59,823 bases of DNA from Planctomycetota bacterium. GTDB taxonomy: Bacteria > Planctomycetota > PLA2 > JAEUHO01. The stretch covers positions 1 to 59,823 of the forward strand of contig CBDCWP010000017.1 of the NCBI GenBank assembly GCA_965223505.1. The letters run 5' to 3'. This document shows positions 1 to 9,506 of the stretch, piece after piece (the stretch's first letter is position 1; the number at the start of each line of letters is the position of its first letter). The notes below the pieces were generated by a model, which was given only the letters and a program-made list of their open reading frames with translations, was not told where the DNA came from and did no database searches. The translations under genes and the position numbers were made by a program.

Positions 1-366
1 CACGCCGCGGGGCAACCCCACGATCTCTCCGATCGAGCGCAGCCGGATGTCGTTGTCCATCAACTCGTCACGCTCGTTGACCAGGTAGCGGCGAAGGAGC
101 CGCATGAGGAAGTTGATCTCCGTCTTGGGCCGCTTCCAGTTCTCGGTACTGAACGCGAACAGCGTCAGCTGGTCGAGCCCGAGCTTGGCCGCGTGCCGCG
201 TGACGGCCCGAACGCTCTCCACGCCGTGCTCGTGACCGCGCATGCGGACGAGCCCGCGCGCCTGCGCCCAGCGGCCGTTGCCGTCCATGATGATGGCCAC
301 GTGCCGCGCGAGGCCGCGGCTCCGGGGACTTCCGTTGCCGTTCAAGCTGACGTCGTTCGCGCGCAT
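1..366 (-). CDS. uppS: Isoprenyl transferase / undecaprenyl diphosphate synthase (partial, runs off the window edge)
   Basis: Not in the ORF track. Manual translation from ATG at 366 gives HVAIIMDGNGRWA...GH..G and LTLFAFSTENWKRP, the cis-prenyltransferase signatures. Confidence 0.95.
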   Translation of the reverse strand, partial: MRANDVSLNGNGSPRSRGLARHVAIIMDGNGRWAQARGLVRMRGHEHGVESVRAVTRHAAKLGLDQLTLFAFSTENWKRPKTEINFLMRLLRRYLVNERDELMDNDIRLRSIGEIVGLPRGV

Positions 367-432
367 GAACGGTCTTCCTCCCGGGATCGACGGGGCAACG
401 CTACCAGATGAATCGGCAGGAACGGCGGTGAG

Positions 433-1728
433 CTAGACCGCGACCGGAATCCCGTCATCGAGCGGGATCATGCGGTCGCGCTCGGCGCCGACGCTGATCA
501 TCTCGATCGGAACGCCGAGGATGTCCTGGATCGCCCGCACGTACCGCTGCGCCGCGACCGGTAGATCGCCGAAGTGCCGCACCGAGCTCAGATCCTCGCT
601 CCACCCGGGAAACGTCTCGTAGACCGGCACGCACGCCTGCCAGTCACCGGCGTAGGCGGGCGGCGCGTCGACACGCTTCCCCTCGAGCTCGTACGCGGTG
701 CACAGCTTGATCTCGGGCAGCCCCGAAAGGACGTCGAGCTTCGTGAGTGAGACGGCGTCCACACCCTGGGTGACGGCGGCCCGCTTCGCGAGCACCGCGT
801 CGAACCACCCGCAGTCACGCGGACGGCCCGTGGTCGCGCCGAACTCGTTTCCGGCCTTGCCGATGTGTTCGCCTTCGGCGCCGCCGCACTTGGTGGGGAA
901 CGGGCCGGCGCCGACGCGCGTCGTATAGGCCTTCGAAATGCCCACGACGTGATCGAGGGCCTTGGCGGGAAGGCCGGTTCCGGCCGGCACCCCGGTCGTG
1001 CCGGTGTTGCTGGAGGTCACGTAGGGGTACGAGCCGTGATCGACGTCGAGGCCGAAGCCTTGGCCGCCTTCGAGCAAGATGCGCTTGCCGGACTTCCACG
1101 CGTCGATCAAGACGGCCGTCGTGTCGGCGACGAAGGGACGCAGCCGCTCGGCGACCTCGCAGGCCTTGGCGACGGCGGCGGGTCCGTCGATCGGCTCCAG
1201 GTTCGCCTGCTCGAGAATCGCGTTCCACGCATGCAGACTCTCGAGCAGGTGCTCGCCGAACGACTCGGGATGCATGAGCTCGGCGAAGCGCAGCCCGGCG
1301 CGGCGCGCCTTGTCGCCGTAGGCGGGGCCGATGCCGCGGCTCGTCGTGCCGAGCGACTTGTCGCCGCGCAACATCTCGAGCGCCTCGTCCATGCGCTTGT
1401 GATGCGGCAACACCACGTGCGCGCGATCGGAGATGAGGAGCCGGCCGGTCAGGTCGATGCCGCGACCGGTGAGCTCGTCGATCTCCTCGAGCAACGTCCA
1501 CGGATCGACCACGACGCCGTTTCCGATGACGTTCACCGTGGCGGGCTGGAGCGAGCCCGAAGGCAACAGGTGCAGGACGTACTTGTCCTCCCCGACGACG
1601 ACGGTGTGGCCCGCATTGGCGCCGCCCTGATAACGGACGACGAGGTCGGACTCGGCGGCGAGAAGGTCTACGACGCGCCCCTTGCCCTCGTCCCCCCACT
1701 GCATGCCGAAGACGCAAGTGACAGACAT
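433..1728 (-). CDS. purA: Adenylosuccinate synthetase
   Basis: GMQWGDEGKG, RYQGGANAGHT, GxYPYVTSS and EFGATTGRPRDCGWFD motifs; 431 aa. Confidence 0.98.
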   Translation of the reverse strand: MSVTCVFGMQWGDEGKGRVVDLLAAESDLVVRYQGGANAGHTVVVGEDKYVLHLLPSGSLQPATVNVIGNGVVVDPWTLLEEIDELTGRGIDLTGRLLISDRAHVVLPHHKRMDEALEMLRGDKSLGTTSRGIGPAYGDKARRAGLRFAELMHPESFGEHLLESLHAWNAILEQANLEPIDGPAAVAKACEVAERLRPFVADTTAVLIDAWKSGKRILLEGGQGFGLDVDHGSYPYVTSSNTGTTGVPAGTGLPAKALDHVVGISKAYTTRVGAGPFPTKCGGAEGEHIGKAGNEFGATTGRPRDCGWFDAVLAKRAAVTQGVDAVSLTKLDVLSGLPEIKLCTAYELEGKRVDAPPAYAGDWQACVPVYETFPGWSEDLSSVRHFGDLPVAAQRYVRAIQDILGVPIEMISVGAERDRMIPLDDGIPVAV

Positions 1729-1881
1729 GGCCGGATGGGTCCTCCGGTTAAAAGCCCATTCTAGTCGTCGAGGGCGTGCGGACGGAGGGATACCTGCCGC
1801 GGGTCGTGGGTCGGTTCGACGAAGGGGCGCGTCGGCGGCGGAATGGGCGGGCGCGGGGAACTCGGGGTCGGCGCGTCGGGG

Positions 1882-3036
1882 CTAGGCGGACGTGGAGAGG
1901 GCCGCACCCTCGATCAACGCTCGGAACCGCGCGAAGAGATGCTGGGCATCGTGGGGACCCGGCGCGGCCTCGGGGTGGAACTGGACGCCGAACGCGCGCT
2001 GGGCCTCCGAGGCGATGCCCGCGTTCGTCATGTCGTTCAGGTTCGTGTGCGTGGCCTCGAACCCGGTCCCTTCGAGGCTCTTCTCGTCGACGACGAACCC
2101 GTGGTTCTGGCTCGTGATCTCGATGCGCCTGGAAGCGTGCTCTTGGACGGGGTGGTTCGCGCCCCGGTGGCCGAACTTGAGCTTGTACGTCTTCGCGCCG
2201 GCCGCCAACGCCAGCAGCTGATGCCCGAGGCAGATGCCGAAGATCGGCACCTTGCCGAGCAGATCGCGAATCGTGTCGACCGCGTAGGTGACCGCCGCGG
2301 GATCGCCGGGACCGTTCGAAAGGAACACGCCGTCGGGGTTGCGCTCGAGGATCTCGGCGGCGGACGTCGTGGCCGGCACCACCGTCGGGACCAGGCCGTT
2401 CGACACGAGCGACCGCAGGATGTTGCGCTTGACGCCGAAGTCCATGGCCACGACCTGGAAGGTCTTCGACGACTCGTCGTCGCCGTTCACCCGGTGCACC
2501 CACTGCGCCGGCCAGGGCTTGTCCCAGGCGTATGCCGCTTCGCAGGTCACGCCGCTGACGAGGTCCTGCCCCGCCATCGACGGGATCGCCTTCGCCTTCT
2601 CGAGCAGGCTGTCCGCGTCGAGGTCCGTGGACGACACGACGCCGTTGACGGCGCCGTCGATGCGCAGGCGGCGCGTCAGCTTGCGCGTATCCACGCCCTG
2701 AATGCCGACGATGCCGGTCTTCTCGTACCAGGCCGAGAGGTCGCTCGTCGCGCGGAAGTTGCTGGCGCGCGGCGAGAGCTCGCGCACGACCATGCCCTCG
2801 ATCCAGGGATGCGCCGCCTCGTCGTCTTCGGGCGTGACGCCGTAGTTGCCGATGTGCGGATACGTCATGCACACGATCTGGCCGGCGTAGGAGGGGTCGG
2901 TGGCGATCTCCTGGTATCCGGTCATCGCCGTGTTGAAGACGACCTCTCCGGCACGTTCGCCGTCGGCGCCGAAAGCGCGCCCACGGAGCACGGTGCCGTC
3001 GGCGAGAACCAGCAGGGCCGGGCGTTCGCTGCTCAT
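1882..3036 (-). CDS. carA: Carbamoyl-phosphate synthase small subunit
   Basis: GEVVFNTAMTGYQE, LSNGPGDP, FGICLGHQ and QFHPEAAPGPHD motifs; start reassigned to ATG 3036 (MSSERPALL). Confidence 0.97.
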   Translation of the reverse strand: MSSERPALLVLADGTVLRGRAFGADGERAGEVVFNTAMTGYQEIATDPSYAGQIVCMTYPHIGNYGVTPEDDEAAHPWIEGMVVRELSPRASNFRATSDLSAWYEKTGIVGIQGVDTRKLTRRLRIDGAVNGVVSSTDLDADSLLEKAKAIPSMAGQDLVSGVTCEAAYAWDKPWPAQWVHRVNGDDESSKTFQVVAMDFGVKRNILRSLVSNGLVPTVVPATTSAAEILERNPDGVFLSNGPGDPAAVTYAVDTIRDLLGKVPIFGICLGHQLLALAAGAKTYKLKFGHRGANHPVQEHASRRIEITSQNHGFVVDEKSLEGTGFEATHTNLNDMTNAGIASEAQRAFGVQFHPEAAPGPHDAQHLFARFRALIEGAALSTSA

Positions 3037-3168
3037 GGCGGGCAGGGTACCCGCGGAGACCGTCAGGCCACAGTGAAGGTCCCATGGGGAAGGTGGACGG
3101 GAGGGTGCGAAGGGAGCCGAGATGCACGTGACCAAGGCGACACCGGGTCGCCGCCTGCACCGCCGGGC

Positions 3169-3192
3169 GTGTCGTGCACGACACCAAGTGAG
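3169..3192 (+). repeat. Minimal copy of the palindrome family: perfect 16-bp palindrome GTGTCGTGCACGACAC followed by CAAGTGAG
   Basis: Read directly; intergenic between larB and carA; same ends as the units at 25793-26413 and 31074-31252. Confidence 0.8.
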
Positions 3193-3239
3193 GGTCTCCG
3201 GCACCCCAACCCGCGCCCGAACCTCGAGTTGCCCCCCGA

Positions 3240-4007
3240 CTATGCGCGCTCCCCGCCGCCGTTGATAAGCGCGGCGAGGTACCCCGCACCGAAGCCGTTG
3301 TCGACGTTGACCACGCAGACGTTGGGCGCGCAGGCGTTCAGCATCGAGAGCAGGGGGGCCAGGCCGTCGAGGCTCATGCCGTACCCCACGCTCGTGGGCA
3401 ACGCGATCACGGGCACGTCGGCCAGCCCGCCGACGACGCTCGGCAGCGCGCCGTCCATGCCCGCGGCCACGATGATCACGCGGGCGCGGCGCACGCGCTC
3501 GACCTCGCCGAGAATGCGGTGCAGACCCGCGACGCCGACGTCGTACACGACCTCCGGCGCCTCCCCCATCAACGTCGCCGTCACGCGGGCCTCTTCGGCG
3601 ACCGGCACGTCACCGGTCCCGGCGGTCGCGATCAACACGCCTGGGCGTCCCTCTACCGCGGCGCCGCGGCGAACGCTGACCGCGCGGGCACGCTCGTGGT
3701 GCACCGCATCCGGCACGGCTTCGAGCAGGGCCCGAGCCCGCTCTGCATCGACACGCGTAACCAGCAGCTTCTCGCTGCGCTCGAGGATCTCGGACGCGAT
3801 GGCGACGAGATCCGCGACCGGCTTCGACGCGCCCAACACGACCTCCGGGAAGCCGCACCGCAGCGCTCGATGATGATCGACGTGCGCCACGCGGTTCTCG
3901 CCGTTGGTCGCGGGGAGCACCCCCGCGAGCTGTTCGGCCGCGTCGCCGACGCCGACCGCGCCCGTCCGCACGCCCTCCAGAAGCTGTTTCACCGCGTCGC
4001 GGTCCAT
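3240..4007 (-). CDS. larB: Nickel pincer cofactor biosynthesis protein LarB (PurE-like)
   Basis: DHHRALRCGFPEVV, TAGTGDVPVAEEA, DVGVAGLHR, AGMDGALPSVVGGL, PTSVGYG and VNVDNGFGAG motifs; start ATG 4007. Confidence 0.93.
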   Translation of the reverse strand: MDRDAVKQLLEGVRTGAVGVGDAAEQLAGVLPATNGENRVAHVDHHRALRCGFPEVVLGASKPVADLVAIASEILERSEKLLVTRVDAERARALLEAVPDAVHHERARAVSVRRGAAVEGRPGVLIATAGTGDVPVAEEARVTATLMGEAPEVVYDVGVAGLHRILGEVERVRRARVIIVAAGMDGALPSVVGGLADVPVIALPTSVGYGMSLDGLAPLLSMLNACAPNVCVVNVDNGFGAGYLAALINGGGERA

Positions 4008-4068
4008 GCGCACATCGTAAGGAGCAGGCGGCGGGCGGCGAGCCCGGAACAGGTGTATCCTCTCTGCC

Positions 4069-4764
4069 ATGCACGAAGCGCCGCTCGACGTACCCACCAT
4101 CCTCGATCGCTTCGAGGGCGTTGCGCGCATCTTCCCGCTGCCCAGCCTCGTGCTCTTCCCGGACAGCTTCGTCCCGCTCAAGATCTTCGAGAAGCGGTAC
4201 ATCACGATGGTGCAGGACGCGCTCGAGGGCGACGAGCTGATCGCGCTGGCGCTGCTCCGTCCGGGCTGGGAGAAGGACTATCAGGCCGCGCCGCCGATCC
4301 ACCCCGTGGTGTGCCTCGGCAAGATCCTCAAGTACCACCAGCTCCCGACGGGCAAGTACGACATCTACCTCTACGGGTTGGTGCGCGCGCACATCGAAGA
4401 GGAGCTGCCGTCCGAGCCCTATCGCAAGGCGCGGGTCAAGATCCTCGAGGAGTACGCGCAGCCCTCGCAGGCCGAACAGATCGCCAAGCGCATGCGGCGC
4501 GCGCTCGACCTCGTGCCCGGACGCCAGTCGACCATCTGGGAGCTTCGGCGCATGGCGAACCAGCTGCGCGGCGTGGACTCCGCGCCCGGCCGGTACGCCG
4601 ACGCAGTCGCCAATGCCAGCGATCTGCAGCCCGAGGACCGATACCAGGTGCTCGAAGAGTGCGACGTGCTCGAACGCTTCAACCGCCTCATCGACATCCT
4701 CGAGTCGCGTGCCTACGAGGGCGCGCCGGACGTACCGCCGAACCTCAATCCTCGGCTGAACTGA
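4069..4764 (+). CDS. LON peptidase substrate-binding (N-terminal) domain protein
   Basis: IFPLPSLVLFP..VPLKIFEKRY..MVQDAL motif; no AAA or protease domain. Confidence 0.88.
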   Translation: MHEAPLDVPTILDRFEGVARIFPLPSLVLFPDSFVPLKIFEKRYITMVQDALEGDELIALALLRPGWEKDYQAAPPIHPVVCLGKILKYHQLPTGKYDIYLYGLVRAHIEEELPSEPYRKARVKILEEYAQPSQAEQIAKRMRRALDLVPGRQSTIWELRRMANQLRGVDSAPGRYADAVANASDLQPEDRYQVLEECDVLERFNRLIDILESRAYEGAPDVPPNLNPRLN

Positions 4765-4888
4765 CGCGGTAAGACCGGGCCGGCTGACGACCGTCACGTG
4801 GCTTGCGAGCAGACCCGCTCCCCTCGCCGAATGGGCGTATCCCGCTCCCGATCCGGCTCCCGCTCCCGACGCGGGCCTGGCGATCTCC

Positions 4889-4922
4889 CTCGCGTGTCGT
4901 GCTCGTGAACGTGCACGACACC
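4889..4922 (+). repeat. Short copy of the palindrome family (CTCGC-GTGTCGTG-12 nt-CACGACAC), preceded by CCCGCT-type hexamer repeats
   Basis: GTGTCGTG at 4894-4901 and CACGACAC at 4914-4921, between convergent genes; cccgctcccgatccggctcccgctcccg at about 4841-4868. Confidence 0.75.
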
Positions 4923-4940
4923 CTCACCTAGGTGCCCGTC

Positions 4941-6761
4941 CTATCGCGGCACGCGCGCGGCGGAAAGCGCCGTCAGAAGCGCTTCGCCGACGACCTCGCC
5001 GGCGTCGGCGCCGTACAGCGTCACGCGCGACTCGTACGTCTCCTGCGCGTACTCCTCGGACGTCGTCAGGTAGGCGCACACGCCGTTCGTCAGGCCGAAG
5101 ATCAACGTGTCCGCGTACCCGAGTCCGGTCGCCGCCTCGCGCCACGCCTTGCCGAGCGCCTGGGTGGCTTCGCCCGGCAGCCAAAGCGCGGCGAACGCCT
5201 CCTCGGTGTCCCCGTCGAACGACGAGAGCGCGAACGTCATCGCGCCGAATCGGCTACGCCGTTCCGTCACGTGATCGTACAGGTTCACCACCGTCCCGAA
5301 GCTGCCGTCGAACGTGAATCCGACGCGCATCTCGGTGCAGGTCGTGCACCAAAGCGCGAAATTGACCGGCAGCGCGAGCGCGTTCTCGACCCAACCGTCT
5401 TCGGACAGGAGTCCCCGGCCCGGGCCGTCGAGAAACGACGCCCGTTCCCCGCTGGTGATGACCGCGTGGGGCGTTCCCAGATCGCGCTCGACGTCCGCGC
5501 AGCGCATGCGCAACAGCGGCAACGGCCGGCATGCCTCGACGTCACGCGCCACGACGTCGGCGAAGCGTCGCGCCAGCTCCGCGAGCCGCTCGGTGGCGTC
5601 CGTGTGACCCGTGTGAATCGGCGAGACATCGCCGACGGCGCCGTTGACGAACAGCACCGTCGCTCGGAGCCGCGCGCCGACCCCGACCTCCAGCGCGAGC
5701 GCGAGGTCGCCGTCGTACTCGGCGTGTTGGCGCTTGTACACCGTGGGATGGACCGCGTAGTTCAGCAGGAGGGTCTGCAGCCTGCTTTGCCGGTCGTACA
5801 CCGCGATCCCGTACACGCGGTCGTCGATGTCGCCCGGATCGCGGCGGCGGTTACGCGCAAGCACGGCCGCGCCGTCATCGTGGTCGCGGCTGCGCAGCAG
5901 CGCGACGTTGGCGGGCGTCGCCGTCAGATGCGCCGTCTCGATCGCTTTCACCGCAGCATCGACGACGGCGTCGAACACCCGTTGGTCGAAGTGTCCGGTT
6001 CCGACGACCTCCGACAGCGGCTGCCGGCTGTAGGCGCCCGGGCCGCTGTGCGTGTGCGTGGAGCTCACGGTGACGGTCTCCGCGCGGTAGCCGAGTCGAG
6101 CGACCCGCCCGAGGATGGCCTGGGTCAGCAGCGCGTCCCCGGTCGCGAGGTCGACGCGCACGAACGCAACGGGGGCGGCGTTCGGCGCCTCCTCCGGCAC
6201 GAGAACGAGGGCGTGCGCCCCCAGCAGCCGGTTGGGGCGTCGCGACGACTGGAAGATCGGCCATCGCGCGAGGCCGTTCTCGTCGCGGCGCCCCATGACG
6301 AACTGGGTCATCCGCCCGAGGGGTCCCATCCCGGCGAAGGCCGGCAGGTTCACGCGCCGCGGCCGCGTACCCCATCCCGCCAGCGGCGTGCCGGCGGGCA
6401 GCTCGAACGGCATGGCGCCGACACCTGCGCGAACCGTCGTACCGCGGCCCCAGTCGTGCACCCGCGGCTCGGACACGGGCCCGGCGGGTTCGAGCGCGGA
6501 CTCGCTCACGCCGACGGCGCCCCAGAACCCGATGTGGAGGAGCACGGCGAGTCGGTAGACGCGGCGCATCAACGGCCGCGCGCGAACGACGATCAACAGA
6601 CCCGAGAGCGCCAGCCAGACACCGAACGCGAAGACGCCGGCGAAGATCGGCGACACGAACGGCAGCACGGTCAGTCCGACGATGCCGGTCGCGCCCAGCG
6701 GCACCAGCTCGTTTCCCAGCCGGCGCAGCGGCCCGCCCGGACCGTAGACGAGGCTGATCAA
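4941..6761 (-). CDS. Neutral/alkaline ceramidase-like metallo-amidohydrolase with an N-terminal membrane region
   Basis: STHTHSGP, NYAVHPT, NGAVGDVSP, PGEAT and GLTNG..AY motifs; hydrophobic N-terminus. TTG start uncertain. Confidence 0.75.
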   Translation of the reverse strand: MISLVYGPGGPLRRLGNELVPLGATGIVGLTVLPFVSPIFAGVFAFGVWLALSGLLIVVRARPLMRRVYRLAVLLHIGFWGAVGVSESALEPAGPVSEPRVHDWGRGTTVRAGVGAMPFELPAGTPLAGWGTRPRRVNLPAFAGMGPLGRMTQFVMGRRDENGLARWPIFQSSRRPNRLLGAHALVLVPEEAPNAAPVAFVRVDLATGDALLTQAILGRVARLGYRAETVTVSSTHTHSGPGAYSRQPLSEVVGTGHFDQRVFDAVVDAAVKAIETAHLTATPANVALLRSRDHDDGAAVLARNRRRDPGDIDDRVYGIAVYDRQSRLQTLLLNYAVHPTVYKRQHAEYDGDLALALEVGVGARLRATVLFVNGAVGDVSPIHTGHTDATERLAELARRFADVVARDVEACRPLPLLRMRCADVERDLGTPHAVITSGERASFLDGPGRGLLSEDGWVENALALPVNFALWCTTCTEMRVGFTFDGSFGTVVNLYDHVTERRSRFGAMTFALSSFDGDTEEAFAALWLPGEATQALGKAWREAATGLGYADTLIFGLTNGVCAYLTTSEEYAQETYESRVTLYGADAGEVVGEALLTALSAARVPR

Positions 6762-6850
6762 CGCGGCCTCCGTGATCGGGGGCCTCCCAAAACGGGTGGC
6801 CCGACGGGGTCGAGGGTACCTTCCGGGATTGCAGGTCGAAGGAACCCCTC

Positions 6851-7879
6851 ATGAGCAGCCATCGCGTCGCGTTTCTGGCAGGAGACGGAATTGGACCGGA
6901 GGTGAGCGAAGCGGCGCGGCGCGTCGTGGACGCCTCCGGCATGGAGATCGAGTGGGTCGAGGCCACCATCGGCCTCGGGGCGATCGAGTCCCACGGTGAC
7001 GCGCTGCCCGCCGAGGCCCTCGCGGTCATCCGGGACTGCGCCGTCGCCCTGAAGGGCCCCACCACCACGCCGATCGGCGGCGGTCACGTCTCCGCGAACG
7101 TGCGTCTGCGCAAGGAGCTCGAGCTCTTCGCCAACGTGCGGCCTGTCAAGACGGTGCCCGGCCTCGAAACGCCGTATGGGCCGGTCGACATGGTGATCGT
7201 CCGCGAGAACACGGAGAGCCTGTACGCGGGTCTGGAGAACGAGGTCGCGCCGGGCGTCGTCACTTCCTTGAAAGTCATCACCGACCGCGCCTGCCGTCGG
7301 ATCTCGCGCTTCGCCTTCGAGTACGCGGCGCGCTGGGACCGCAAGGAGGTGACCGCCGTTCACAAGGCCAACATCATGAAGCTGGCAGACGGCCTCTTCC
7401 TCGACTGCGCCCGCCGGGCGGCCGAGGAGCAGTCGGGTGACGTCAAGTTCTCGGACGTGTTGGTGGACGCGCTCTGCATGCACATGGTCAAGGACCCGTC
7501 CCGCTACGACGTCCTGCTCCTGGAGAATCTGTACGGCGACATCGTCAGCGACCTCGCCGCGGGCCTGATCGGCGGCCTCGGGCTCGCGCCGGGCGGCAAC
7601 TACGGCACCGACTGCGCCGTGTTCGAGGCGATCCACGGCTCGGCGCCCGACATCGCGGGCAAGGGCGTCGCGAATCCGATCGCCATGATTCTCTCGGGCG
7701 CCATGATGTGCCACCACCTCGGGCATCCCGACAACTACACGCGCATTCGCCGGGGCGTCGCGGACGTCACGCGCAATCGCAAGGACGTCCTCACGCCGGA
7801 TCTCGGCGGAAGCGGCACGACCGAGGGCTTGACGGAGGCCATCATGGAGGCCGTCCGCGCCCAACCCGTCCCTGCCTGA
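6851..7879 (+). CDS. Isocitrate/isopropylmalate dehydrogenase family protein (probably NAD-dependent IDH)
   Basis: GDGIGPEV, SANVRLRK, RENTE..Y, VHKANIMK, NLYGDIVSDL, FEAIHGSAPDIAG and TPDLGG motifs. Confidence 0.93.
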   Translation: MSSHRVAFLAGDGIGPEVSEAARRVVDASGMEIEWVEATIGLGAIESHGDALPAEALAVIRDCAVALKGPTTTPIGGGHVSANVRLRKELELFANVRPVKTVPGLETPYGPVDMVIVRENTESLYAGLENEVAPGVVTSLKVITDRACRRISRFAFEYAARWDRKEVTAVHKANIMKLADGLFLDCARRAAEEQSGDVKFSDVLVDALCMHMVKDPSRYDVLLLENLYGDIVSDLAAGLIGGLGLAPGGNYGTDCAVFEAIHGSAPDIAGKGVANPIAMILSGAMMCHHLGHPDNYTRIRRGVADVTRNRKDVLTPDLGGSGTTEGLTEAIMEAVRAQPVPA

Positions 7880-7895
7880 TCGGAGTCCGCCCGGC

Positions 7896-8642
7896 ATGAA
7901 GCGCGTCTTGCTCGCCATCGGGATCACCGTCGTTCTGAGCACGATTGCACTCGCGCTCATGCTCGCAAGTGGAGACGAGACGCGGCAGGCTGAAGCCGAG
8001 CGGTTCGTGAAGCTCGCGTGGACGAACGACCCGGCGGAAGCCATAGGCGCCCTTTCTCCGGGTCTGCTCATGCAAAGCCCCATGGAACGCGTCGAGCAGC
8101 GTCTTCGCTACTATCGCACCTTGCTCGGTCCGTTCATCGAGACCGAGGACGTGGTGTCGTCCGAGCTGACCGACCGGGGCAAGAAGAGTACGCTCGTCCT
8201 GCGGATGAAGTTCGAGAGAGCGAGCAGCGTCGCGCGCTTCGAGTTCGAGAAGCTGGGGGAAACGTGGGTCGTATCGAGCTTCGCCTTCGAGGTGCCGGAG
8301 GCCCTGCATCCGAAGCCGGAGTGGAAGCACGTACGGTCGAATGCGGAGTACGCCGTTCGCAGCTGGACGGAAGGCAACGTGGAGGCGCTACGCGACTACT
8401 TCACACCGGGCTACCGCGACCAATACTCGACCGCCGCACTCGAAAGGGAACATGCCGAGCTGAGCGGCGGCCTGGGCGGCGGTGAATCGGTCGAGTACGT
8501 CGACCACGAAGAGCTCGGCGACGGACGTCGCAAGATGCGCTTCCGGATCCAGTTCGAGAACGGCGCCGCCGTCATGGAGCTGACGCTGCGGTGGAGATTC
8601 GCCGAAGGCACGATCGAGCGACACGACGTTCGGCGCGAGTAG
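7896..8642 (+). CDS. Exported or membrane-anchored hypothetical protein with two tandem similar (DUF3887-like) domains
   Basis: N-terminal hydrophobic helix; two halves resemble each other (AERFV..W..D...AI..LSP / AEYAV..W..G...AL..FTP, each with a later FE turn). Confidence 0.65.
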   Translation: MKRVLLAIGITVVLSTIALALMLASGDETRQAEAERFVKLAWTNDPAEAIGALSPGLLMQSPMERVEQRLRYYRTLLGPFIETEDVVSSELTDRGKKSTLVLRMKFERASSVARFEFEKLGETWVVSSFAFEVPEALHPKPEWKHVRSNAEYAVRSWTEGNVEALRDYFTPGYRDQYSTAALEREHAELSGGLGGGESVEYVDHEELGDGRRKMRFRIQFENGAAVMELTLRWRFAEGTIERHDVRRE

Positions 8643-8646
8643 CGGA

Positions 8647-9495
8647 CTACGTCTCGGGCACCGCGCGGAGCGTGACGAGAAGCTCGCCGGCCCTGCGCCC
8701 CCGGATCTCGATCGACTCGATCTCGACCCGACCGGCCCAAACCATGTGGAGGCCGTCGAGAATCTCGAGACGCGGCGTCGGGCCGAACGACTCCGTCAAG
8801 AACGCCACCAGCGGGGCGATCTCGGCGCTGGTGCCCGCGGGCAGGTCCATGGCGCTGAGCCGCAGGAGGGCGACATCCTCGAGAACGCCGTCCGTCCGTC
8901 CGACGAGCGGATGGACGTGCATCCCGGGCGACGGGTGCAAGTAGCCCATGTGGCCTTCCGGCTTCGGCTGCTCGAGCTCGTCGTCTTCATCCGACTCTCG
9001 CCGTTTCGGCGCCGGGACCTCTCGGAACGCGGCGACGCTGGTGACGCCGACGGGGGGAAGACCGATCCCCAACATGGTGGCTTCGTCGTCGCTCAACGGT
9101 TCCTCGAACACGCAGCCGATCTCGAGTCCGCCGGTGTCGTCGCTGATGTGACCGAGACGGATGGGCCGAAGGCGCTTGCGCACGAGCGGCCCGAGCATCT
9201 CACTGTGCAGGTCGGCGAGGAAGTGGTCCCCCATGAGCTTCTCGACGGCGCCGGCGAGCGCCGCGAGATCGCCGCGCTTCTCTCCGAGCAACCGTGCGAC
9301 GGGAATCTGCAGCGCCATGCCGGTGCGGCTGACGTCGACCATGCGTCCCTCGAACTCGCGCAACTGGCCGTACACGCGAACGGGGTATTCGCACGGGACG
9401 CGTAGCGATTCGCGTTTTTCGCCGGCCCCCAAGTGTCGCCCCCCCGGTCGTCGTTCCGTTCCCGGAAGCCTACGGCAGCTTTCACACCGCGCCAA
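8647..9495 (-). CDS. PilZ domain-containing protein
   Basis: RESLR (RxxxR) and DVSRTG (D/NxSxxG) c-di-GMP-binding motifs; start uncertain. Confidence 0.75.
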   Translation of the reverse strand: MARCESCRRLPGTERRPGGRHLGAGEKRESLRVPCEYPVRVYGQLREFEGRMVDVSRTGMALQIPVARLLGEKRGDLAALAGAVEKLMGDHFLADLHSEMLGPLVRKRLRPIRLGHISDDTGGLEIGCVFEEPLSDDEATMLGIGLPPVGVTSVAAFREVPAPKRRESDEDDELEQPKPEGHMGYLHPSPGMHVHPLVGRTDGVLEDVALLRLSAMDLPAGTSAEIAPLVAFLTESFGPTPRLEILDGLHMVWAGRVEIESIEIRGRRAGELLVTLRAVPET

Positions 9496-9506
9496 CCTCC
9501 GCTGTC

